A stretch of 64,000 bases of DNA, taken from positions 2,528,001 to 2,592,000 of the forward strand of contig OZ220733.1 of the NCBI GenBank assembly GCA_965116875.1. The letters are read 5' to 3'. Positions 9,209 through 16,987 of this stretch are shown piece by piece. This DNA comes from Candidatus Latescibacterota bacterium (GTDB lineage Bacteria; Latescibacterota; UBA2968; GCA-2709665). How positions within the stretch are numbered: the stretch's first letter is position 1; every line of letters starts with the position of its first letter. The translations under genes and the position numbers were made by a program. Under the pieces are notes generated by a model. That model made no database searches. It saw only the letters and a program-made list of their open reading frames with translations, and was not told the DNA's origin.

Positions 9209-9342
9209 AGGTATTGTTCGCCTCCGGTGACGGTCTCCAGGCGGACGAAATCGCCGCTGGTGACCGAGAGGGCAATGAGGCCGCGGCGAAACACGGCAAT
9301 GGACAGGAGCCGCCTTTTTAATCTACGTGTTGCAGAACAGCG

Positions 9343-9714
9343 TTAATCGATGGCGTAGGCTTCGATCTCAACGACCAGGTGCGGCTTGAGCAGCGCGGCT
9401 ACGACAACCAGGGTCGAGGCCGGCCGAATCTCGCCAAATACCTCGCGGTGAGCTCGGGTGACGCCCTCTGCGTGGGCTGCATCCGTGATGTACGCCACCG
9501 TCCTCACCACGTCTTCGAGGCTGGCGCCGGTCTCGTCGAGCGCCCCGGCGATGATTCTCAATGCGTTCCTGGCCTGCTCGTAGGCATCGCCATGGTCATG
9601 CGGCGGCTGGGCGCAGGTTCCGGCGACATGAATGTGACGGTCCGCACGCACGGCGCGTGAATAACCAAATTCCGCGCCAAATGGACTGCTGGTCGGTATG
9701 CGTTTGCGTTTCAT
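9343..9714 (-). CDS. RidA/YjgF family protein
   Basis: GYSRAVR, VAGT, DVVRT, FGEIRPAST, VEIEA. Confidence 0.9.
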   Translation of the reverse strand: MKRKRIPTSSPFGAEFGYSRAVRADRHIHVAGTCAQPPHDHGDAYEQARNALRIIAGALDETGASLEDVVRTVAYITDAAHAEGVTRAHREVFGEIRPASTLVVVAALLKPHLVVEIEAYAID

Positions 9715-9843
9715 GGTTTCCCCTCGTCTTATGGGTTTCTTCGACCGTCGCCCGCGCCTCCAACCGGGGGCGCCGCCGGATCCTTGCGCACGGTTTTTTC
9801 GAACTACATATTATCGATGTGGATATGGGAGATACCCGCTGCT

Positions 9844-10602
9844 TCATTCCACGTCGAGGATGTAGCGCGCCAGCGGCGAGAGCCGTTTGTCGGTTTCGGG
9901 CCGCAGGTACTCGCGCTGGTTGGTCTGCTGGGCGTGCTCGCGGGCGATGAAGGCGCAGTGCAGGGTGCGGCGAGGGGCATCGGTGCGATTGCGGTATGAG
10001 CCGTGCCAGAGGCTGCCGTTGAATACGGCGACCGAGCCGGCGCGTCCGGTCAGTTGTACCTGGTCCGGGTGATCGGCCATGGCGTCGGCTACGTGGTCCG
10101 AGGCCCTGCCGGGTCTGCGATGGCTGGCCGGAATGCAGCGGGTGGCCCCGTTTGCCCGCGTGAAATCATCCAGCATCCACATGGAATTGACAACGTGATA
10201 CTGCCCTCCGGCCACGGTGGGCCCGCCCCAATCCGTGTGCAGGCCCTGCAACCCGCTGCCGGGTAGCGGATCGTGACCGTTGAGCGAGTGCAGCTTGAAC
10301 GGCCGCCGCAGGACGTGCCAGACCGCCGAGAGAAGCGTCGGTTGCAGGTATACGTCGTCGAAGACCGTCCCCTTGTTGACCAGGTCGGCGAGGCGGCGCA
10401 CGCCTTCCATCTGAGCGACCTCAACGCCGGCCTTGTCGCCCTCGCGGGCGAAGATTTCGTCAAAGGCCTGGCGCAGCGCTGCCAGCCACCCGGGAGCGAT
10501 GACGTTTTCAAGAATGACGAAGCCATTGGCGTCCAGGGCGCTGCATTGGTCGGACGTCAGCGGCCCGGGGATGAACCCCCGTTTCAACAATTCGCCGTCC
10601 AT
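9844..10602 (-). CDS. Phytanoyl-CoA dioxygenase (PhyH) family Fe/2OG oxygenase
   Basis: True start MDGELL at 10602. LHTDW (HxD), NGAT, PASH, WHGS, distal Arg. The upstream part of the 751-aa ORF is antisense to other genes. Confidence 0.85.
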   Translation of the reverse strand: MDGELLKRGFIPGPLTSDQCSALDANGFVILENVIAPGWLAALRQAFDEIFAREGDKAGVEVAQMEGVRRLADLVNKGTVFDDVYLQPTLLSAVWHVLRRPFKLHSLNGHDPLPGSGLQGLHTDWGGPTVAGGQYHVVNSMWMLDDFTRANGATRCIPASHRRPGRASDHVADAMADHPDQVQLTGRAGSVAVFNGSLWHGSYRNRTDAPRRTLHCAFIAREHAQQTNQREYLRPETDKRLSPLARYILDVE

Positions 10603-10629
10603 AGTGGATGATCCTCGGGAAAGTACATC

Positions 10630-11223
10630 ATGCCCCGCAAGAGCAGGGTCCTCAACGTTGGTGATACGGCCCCGCTGTTCACGCTTCCTTTGCACCAGCA
10701 GCGAGAGGTGTCGCTGGCGTCGCATCGGGAAAAGGAACACGTCGTTCTGACGTTCTTCCGGGGGACCTGGTGACGGAGAAGCCGTCGTCAGTTGGCGACC
10801 GCACAGGAACACGTCGAAGCGTACGCCGAACGGAACGCGACGTCGATCGCTGTCGGCGCGGGACAGCCGCTCTGCCAGATGCGTGAATACGCCGAACGCA
10901 ATGGCATCACGTTTCCGCTTCTGGCGGACGAAGACTGGAGCGTCATCAGGAGTTACGAGGTCGGCCACTGGTTCGCCCTGGCGATGCACAACTTCGCCTA
11001 TACCATCGTCCGCCCCGCGACGTTCGTCATCGACAGACTCGGCTTTGCCATGCACGAATGGACCGGCCTGGCGGACCACGTCCTGAGCAACAGCATTGCC
11101 CGCCCCGCGACGTTTGTCGTCGACAGACTCGGCGTGATCAGATATACGTACATCGGATCGAGCCAGTTCGATCTGGCCGAACCGCAGAAAATCCTCGACC
11201 GCCTGGATTCGCTGGCGACATGA
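10630..11223 (+). CDS. Selenocysteine-containing peroxiredoxin-like (AhpC/TSA, redoxin) protein
   Basis: One frame from ATG 10630: VGDTAPLFTLP...VVLTFFRGTW[TGA 10771-10773]RRS...FPLLADED...RPATFVVD. The TGA occupies the redox Cys position of the W-C-x-x-C motif and is followed by a hairpin; 197 aa. Confidence 0.75.
10784..10799 (+). promoter_or_regulatory. Candidate bacterial SECIS hairpin
   Basis: GTCGTC-AGTT-GGCGAC: 6-bp stem with a G-U-containing 4-nt loop starting 16 nt after the in-frame TGA. Confidence 0.55.
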
Positions 11224-11258
11224 GATCCGCAAAGCGGGACCTCTCCAACGGCCCTCAT

Positions 11259-11436
11259 ACCTCTCTCCCCGGCCCTCTCTCCTAAAGGAAAGAGGGAGAA
11301 AGGCCGGACATCGACTCGCCGGTATTCTATAGAGACTCTCATTGAAAGGAAATCGCCGTCCAGGGTAGTTTGCAAGTCCGGCACATCCACCCGTTACCGC
11401 TCCTTCTTCCTTTAGGTCGGGGCCAGGGGGTAGGTC
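11259..11436. repeat. Inverted pair of CCTCTC-rich REP-like elements
   Basis: ACCTCTCTCCCCGGCCCTCTCTCCT..AGAGGGAGA and an inverted ..GGGGCCAGGGGGTAGGT; same family at 19513-19743 and 28121-28163. Confidence 0.6.
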
Positions 11437-11487
11437 CGGGAGAGGGGAGTTGAGCTGAGGATCATGTAAATTCAAGGGATTATAAAA

Positions 11488-11787
11488 ATGTATAAAGACA
11501 TCATCAGCTACAGGTTGGCGGAGAATATCTCGGAGGAACATCTTCTGGCTGTTGCACGCGACGTTCTGGACAATTGGATGAACCGACAGTCGGGTTTCAT
11601 AAAGTGGGAGATTCACCGGAATCGTGACGGAGGTTACACCGACATTGTCTACTGGGAATCCGAGGCCGACGCGAAGAACGCACAGGCGGACATGGTGAAT
11701 ATCCCAAACGCTGGAGACTGGTATGCCTGCTATGAAGAAGGATCCATATCCAGCATGAATCTCGATCACGTAACAACTTTCAAATAG
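11488..11787 (+). CDS. Small ABM-like (dimeric alpha/beta barrel) hypothetical protein
   Basis: 99 aa; QSGFIKWE...YTDIVYWESEADAKNA resembles the antibiotic-biosynthesis-monooxygenase fold. Confidence 0.6.
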   Translation: MYKDIISYRLAENISEEHLLAVARDVLDNWMNRQSGFIKWEIHRNRDGGYTDIVYWESEADAKNAQADMVNIPNAGDWYACYEEGSISSMNLDHVTTFK

Positions 11788-11829
11788 CGGGGGACTGCCA
11801 TAGGATTGATTCAAATCATCTATCCCGGC

Positions 11830-12010
11830 ATGATCCACTAACATCCGGAGCGAGGGCATCCTGCCCTCGTACTTCGTGTGACCCATCAATACCCGAATCA
11901 TTGAAAATGACAGTGCCAGAGCCGCGCGAATCAGCCATCGAGGGCAGGATGCCCTCGCTCCCGGGAACGCCAACCACACCGGTCCCAGGTTGGTTTCTGT
12001 CCTGGACAGC
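11830..12010. repeat. REP doublet (REPIN-like), copy 2
   Basis: GGAGCGAGGGCATCCTGCCCTCG (11847-11869) and inverse (11939-11961); different internal spacer from copy 1. Confidence 0.75.
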
Positions 12011-12072
12011 AGTGATCCTCTAACGTTGGATTGATCTTCCGATATATGATTCAATCCATCCAGGAGACGCCC

Positions 12073-12843
12073 ATGCTTACGCAAGCGCAGTTGGCCCAAT
12101 ACGACCGGGACGGGTACGTGCTGGTGTCGGGGCTGATTCCGGAGGAGACGATTGCCGGCGCGGAGGCGGCGATGTGGTCCGTCCTCGGTATGGATCGGAA
12201 CGATCCGGCTTCATGGTCTCCTTTACCGGACGATGCCGACGGCGTTACCACGGTGGCCGGCCAGGGGGTGATCGAACATTTCGGGCTCAAGGACCCCGCA
12301 TTGCTGGCCTGCTGTACGCCCGCGTTTTATGACGTGCAAAGCCGGCTTGTCCGCGAGAATGAGGATGCGTTCCACTGCCGGAGACCTCAGCCCGAAGCCG
12401 TGTGGGCGCGCAGTGTATTTCCGGTCCCCGGAGATTGGAATCACCATAGCGGGCACGCCGATGGCGTTCATCGACCGTTCGGCGTGTTTCCCGGATCATT
12501 CCGCGTCTCGTCGCTCACCTATCTGGATACCGGGGTCGCACGGGGCGGAGGAACCACGGTCTGGCCGGGGTCGCATCGTACGCTCAAAGAGGCGGCGGTG
12601 CGGGACCCTGACAGGTTTCGCATGCTGCCGGATTTACAGAACCCAACGCAAAAGTTCGATCTGAGCGCGCCGATCGAGTTGACGCCGTCCCGGGGCGACG
12701 TTCTGTTCTTCCACTATCTGCTGGTCCACGCCGGGTCGCTCAATACCGGCGACAAACCGCGTTTCGCAATCCGCTGGATGTGTACCTGCGACGCCTGCCG
12801 CATCTGGGAAAAGTACGGCAGGTGGAATATCTGGATGCCATGA
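12073..12843 (+). CDS. Phytanoyl-CoA dioxygenase (PhyH) family protein
   Basis: MLTQAQLAQYDRDGYVLV, GHADG, GGTTVWPGSH, GDVLFFHYLLVHAG, PR; CAGGAG RBS. Confidence 0.85.
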   Translation: MLTQAQLAQYDRDGYVLVSGLIPEETIAGAEAAMWSVLGMDRNDPASWSPLPDDADGVTTVAGQGVIEHFGLKDPALLACCTPAFYDVQSRLVRENEDAFHCRRPQPEAVWARSVFPVPGDWNHHSGHADGVHRPFGVFPGSFRVSSLTYLDTGVARGGGTTVWPGSHRTLKEAAVRDPDRFRMLPDLQNPTQKFDLSAPIELTPSRGDVLFFHYLLVHAGSLNTGDKPRFAIRWMCTCDACRIWEKYGRWNIWMP

Positions 12844-12960
12844 ACGTTGATTGCTAACGCGATGTGGCGAAACGTGGGCATTTCGACAATGGACGACCGT
12901 GCCGCAAACTGCCAGTTTGCGCTACCTGATAAAGCACGATCGGCCTCGAATGAACCAGGG

Positions 12961-13839
12961 CTACCCCTTCTCCGTCATAAACGCCTCGTACAGAGCGAGC
13001 GGTTGCGATAACGATTCGTCGATTTCGGTGACGGCGAAGCGCACCTCCACGGTCCGTTCATCCCCAACGCGGAAGTCATCCCCGAACAGCGAGAGGTAGA
13101 GCGGGTTCTGGTCCCGGAACGGGTCCTTCATGTTATCGCTCTGGTACCCGCTGATGACCGCGTAACAGTCCTGGGGCCTGGACATCAGCACCCCCGCGAC
13201 GCCCTTTTCCAGGTTCGCGCTCATGATCAGCGGCAACTCGAAATAGCGCTGGGGATTCCACTGGTAGAGTCCCCAGATCCGGTCCCATCGCCCGTCCGTT
13301 GACCGCCTCGCCGCGTGCTGGTCCCTCGAAAATACGAGTCCCGTTCCCACGAAAACGTCGTTTACCTCCGGCGCGATCCATCGGGCCCGGTCTGCCGGGA
13401 TATCGAACGGACTGCCCTGAACATACACGTACGGCCGAAGCGACAGATCGAAATAGTTGGACAGGAACACTTCATAGGCCGGGTACGGCCAGTTGGACGC
13501 CACGGTGATCGACAGGTCCACCGCGTTGGGCTCGACAACTTCGTACCTGGCCGTCATCTCCGCCTTGTGATCGTCCGTCGGCGCCCAGTGCACGTCGATC
13601 CCATTGCCGTCAGACGTAATGCTTCGCTCGTTCTGACGGGCCTGCCCCATGCAGTGGTTCTGCGAAAACATGAAAAACAGATTCAGGAGATCGTACTTCG
13701 GGTGTACTACCTGCGCGCCGGTCGGTTTGTGCGTCAATTCCTTGATCCCATGCCGGTCTCCGTCCGGCTGAATGGTGCCCGCCATCTGCTCCGTCTCGAA
13801 GTGCCAGACGTTCTGCCCGGCATCGTGCCTCAGCGCCAT
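12961..13839 (-). CDS. Hypothetical protein, probably beta-rich (mutarotase-like supersandwich possible)
   Basis: 292-aa ORF with GGAGG RBS, co-oriented with the upstream gene; the fold is a guess. Confidence 0.65.
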   Translation of the reverse strand: MALRHDAGQNVWHFETEQMAGTIQPDGDRHGIKELTHKPTGAQVVHPKYDLLNLFFMFSQNHCMGQARQNERSITSDGNGIDVHWAPTDDHKAEMTARYEVVEPNAVDLSITVASNWPYPAYEVFLSNYFDLSLRPYVYVQGSPFDIPADRARWIAPEVNDVFVGTGLVFSRDQHAARRSTDGRWDRIWGLYQWNPQRYFELPLIMSANLEKGVAGVLMSRPQDCYAVISGYQSDNMKDPFRDQNPLYLSLFGDDFRVGDERTVEVRFAVTEIDESLSQPLALYEAFMTEKG

Positions 13840-13890
13840 TTCATAACCTCCCTTGAGTTTGTCAATCTCATCCCGTCTGCGTCTGCCGCC

Positions 13891-16425
13891 TCACCTGATC
13901 CGGAGACATCTTGAAAATCCGTACGGATGGACCGGAAGCAGGGGGCCGGGCATCGGCGGCGTATCCCGGACAATCGTCTGCCTGGCGGGGGCCTCGTACC
14001 CGGCGACCCAGGCCTTGACCGTCAGTGCATCCAGGCTGTCGCCCGTAAGATCCACCGTTACCGAGGCCCATCCGCTGTCGTGAATGTTGAAGAGATAGTC
14101 GTCACGTTTCCTCGGTCCCACGGGGGGCAGGAACCGGGCCGAGCCGTGGCTGCTTCGGCCCTGCCGGTGGATGCGCTGGGTCACGTACGCGTATCGCGCC
14201 GGCACCCCCTTGTACCGGGATCCGCCGGCGCGGATGCTCACGCCATCCAGCACCTCTTCCGGTCCGAGCAGGACAACCTGCAGTTCCGGCCGCTCGAACC
14301 GGTGCGGCACCGCGACGTACCACTGCAACGTGTGGGTACCGGCTTTCCGTTCGTCGCAGGTCGTCTCGGCGGAGAGGCCGGGGATCTGCATATCCGGATG
14401 CACCGTGGGCCCCACGCCGCCCGGTAGCCGCCGGTCTCCCGGAAACAGGGTTTCCCATCCTCCATCGCACAACCGCGCCATGAACGGTGCGCCCGGTATG
14501 GGAGAGACGTCCTCCTGCCGTTCGGCATAGATCTTCAGCAGGCGGACTTCATTCCCCAGCAGGGTCACCGACTCCTCCATGTCCTGCCAGAACGGATGAA
14601 CCTGCCGGATGGTTTCGGGCGCGTACGCCAATCCGAGGTCTTCGCGAAGGTCCACCGCCTGCGGCTCGACGGAGGGATTTCGCAACAGCAGCCACGCGCT
14701 GCCGTCCGATGGATGCAGGAAGCCATACACTTCGCCGAAAGCCGGGTTGCCCAGCACCATCCGCGTCTCTTTCGTGCCCAGTTCGTCCGCGTTGAAACGC
14801 ATCCAGTCCATCATCCCCTGGAGGTGCTCCGCCCGGTCCACCCTGAGACTTTCGGGATTGATCGGCATCGGCATATAGGTGGTGCCGCGGCAGGACGCCA
14901 GCACGAGATTATCCAGCCACGTGTGGGGCGGATCGCCGAACGCGTTGGTCAACGCCTGGACGAATTCGTGATTGTCATACCCGTCGAAGAAGATGGGCGT
15001 CTCGGCCTTGCGCATAATCTGATAGTAAACCGTGTCCCGGTGCGTAAGGGCCCGGTCGCGCTGGGTGCGGGCTGGCCACGACGCGTATTCGCAGTCTCCC
15101 GAATGGATCAGCCACGTGTGGTTCGCCAGACACAGCCACCACGGGCTGGGCCACCATCCGTTTCGAGTCACCAGGTTGGGATTGATCGCACGCAGCCGGC
15201 GGTCGATCCGATTGAACGCGTTGATCGAGGCCTCCCGCATGTGGTGTGGAGTCGGGAAACGTTCCTGGAAATCGGGATGGGTGGCGCACTCATTGTCCCA
15301 ATCGATCTTCAGATGGACCGTCCCCACGTCTCGCACGAGCCGCTCCCAGCGCTGCGCCACGGCCTCTTCGAAGGACGGTTGCGCCATGACCACAAAGGTC
15401 CCGCTTCCGTAGGAGCCGGGCCCCTCGCCTACCCGCCAACCCTGTTCCTGAATCCAGTCGGTGTCGAAGCCCACTGGACCGTTGTGCGTCACCCACAGCG
15501 CCAGCGAGAATCCCTTTTGTTTCAAGTTTTCCGCGAACGCGATAAGCCGCGAATCCTCCTCATCGTCGCCCTTGTGCCGGTAGATGGTCTTCCTGTCGAA
15601 CCAGCCCGCGTCAAACGCCAGCGAATCCGGCTTCAGGCCCAGTTCCGATACTGCATCCGCATAGGCCTGGTTCATTTCGAACGAATCGAGATACTCCCGA
15701 TTGCCCAGATAACGCACCGACCACCCCACCGAAAGATGGAAGATCGGCTTCGACAGCCGGGGAAGGCGAATCTGCCACAGATAGTCCATGAACGCATCCC
15801 GCACCGTCTCATGACGCTCTGCCGCGCCGAAGACCGCCGTATAGCTCTCGATGCGCCGTTCATCGTCCCAGACCGGGTGGTGGAAGAGCTCCAGCCTCTC
15901 TCCCGGCACCACAAACCCCACCGGATGCTCAAGTCCGGCAAACCAGTCACCCGCCCACACCGGATACCCGCAGCCCGGTACCGGCGGGGCGTATGAGTCG
16001 AGCCCGGATTGCTCTTCCGCGTCCGGCCCGCCGCGGACGCTGTATCCCACGCGCCGCATCGGCCGCGGAGGATTTTCCTGAATGTCCACCCAGAGACGGT
16101 CCGGCGTGGGCGCGTTTGGGCTGTCCGGCGCCTCGAGCGTCAACTGCTTCCTGAACCAGGGATCCTCTCCCTCGATCCAGTACCGCACCCGGGCCCGAAT
16201 GCCGGTTGTTTCGTGCAGATAGCCGAACACCACGTCGTCCGTTCCGGCCCGCAACTCGGTCTGTACGAAACGGTCCGCCGGAATCTCCACGTCGCCGAGC
16301 CGGATCATGAAGGCCGGAAAGTCGAAGGTACGGCGAAGGCCCGAGCGCCGATTCTCGACCTGAAGTTTGCCGCCCTCCCACTTCAGGGAAAGGGCGCTGT
16401 TCCGGAGTATGCACGGATCGTTCAC
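13891..16425 (-). CDS. Putative glycoside hydrolase of clan GH-D (GH27/GH36-like TIM barrel)
   Basis: Start GTG 16425 with GAGGAG RBS, 844 aa. LAFDAGW resembles DDGW, followed by LALW and HLKIDW (KxD nucleophile motif). Confidence 0.55.
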   Translation of the reverse strand: MNDPCILRNSALSLKWEGGKLQVENRRSGLRRTFDFPAFMIRLGDVEIPADRFVQTELRAGTDDVVFGYLHETTGIRARVRYWIEGEDPWFRKQLTLEAPDSPNAPTPDRLWVDIQENPPRPMRRVGYSVRGGPDAEEQSGLDSYAPPVPGCGYPVWAGDWFAGLEHPVGFVVPGERLELFHHPVWDDERRIESYTAVFGAAERHETVRDAFMDYLWQIRLPRLSKPIFHLSVGWSVRYLGNREYLDSFEMNQAYADAVSELGLKPDSLAFDAGWFDRKTIYRHKGDDEEDSRLIAFAENLKQKGFSLALWVTHNGPVGFDTDWIQEQGWRVGEGPGSYGSGTFVVMAQPSFEEAVAQRWERLVRDVGTVHLKIDWDNECATHPDFQERFPTPHHMREASINAFNRIDRRLRAINPNLVTRNGWWPSPWWLCLANHTWLIHSGDCEYASWPARTQRDRALTHRDTVYYQIMRKAETPIFFDGYDNHEFVQALTNAFGDPPHTWLDNLVLASCRGTTYMPMPINPESLRVDRAEHLQGMMDWMRFNADELGTKETRMVLGNPAFGEVYGFLHPSDGSAWLLLRNPSVEPQAVDLREDLGLAYAPETIRQVHPFWQDMEESVTLLGNEVRLLKIYAERQEDVSPIPGAPFMARLCDGGWETLFPGDRRLPGGVGPTVHPDMQIPGLSAETTCDERKAGTHTLQWYVAVPHRFERPELQVVLLGPEEVLDGVSIRAGGSRYKGVPARYAYVTQRIHRQGRSSHGSARFLPPVGPRKRDDYLFNIHDSGWASVTVDLTGDSLDALTVKAWVAGYEAPARQTIVRDTPPMPGPLLPVHPYGFSRCLRIR

Positions 16426-16495
16426 GGAGTGTCTCCTCGTAATTTCGATATCCAGGAAAAACCGCGCGGCCGCTTTGCGCTTGCCCTTAGCCGTT

Positions 16496-16935
16496 CCCTT
16501 CGATAAACTCAGGGCAATGCCTTCAATCCTTCGACATTTTGACACCCTTCGACAATCCTTCGGCAGGCTCAGGACAACGGCTCAGGGACCGCCGGCTCAG
16601 GGCAGGTTATGAGTCTCCTGACAGGGACTTAATGACGTCCAATGAACCAAATAACGCGTGGTCATTGAGCATGCCTGCATTGAACTTGTCGAAATGTCGA
16701 AATGCCCGCTATTCAAAAGCCCTTCGACTCTTCGACAATCCTTCGGCAGGCTTGCTTCGACAGGCCACTTCGACAAGCTCAGTGCAGGCAGCACAAGCAG
16801 GACAACGGCTAAGGGACCGCAAGCTCCAGGAACCGGATCGGCTTCTGCGAGTCAGCATTGACACGATCTGTGCTGACAATGAAGGCAGCGTACACGTTAA
16901 GTAGCTCAATGACGGCGTTTCGACAAGCTCAACGA
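16496..16935. repeat. Cluster of CTTCGACAAGCTCAG-type REP-like repeats
   Basis: About ten full or partial CTTCG(A/G)CA(A/G)GCTCAG units, an inverted copy (TGAACTTGTCGAA) and a duplicated AGGACAACGGCT.AGGGACCGC block. Confidence 0.7.
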
Positions 16936-16987
16936 ACGTCATTGAGCCCGCAGAAGGTTATCGATCGTTTCCCTCACGATAGTGAAT

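Noticed and set aside
9209-9330. Small gene upstream of the propeller gene
   Set aside because: The frame reads protein-like but has no start codon or RBS and overlaps the next gene.
9844-12099. 751-aa ORF as a single fusion protein
   Set aside because: Only the last 252 aa look like protein (PhyH). The rest is antisense to the redoxin and ABM-like genes and crosses REP repeats.
16496-16935. CRISPR array
   Set aside because: Units are degenerate, irregularly spaced, nested and partly inverted; no unique spacers of constant length and no cas genes.
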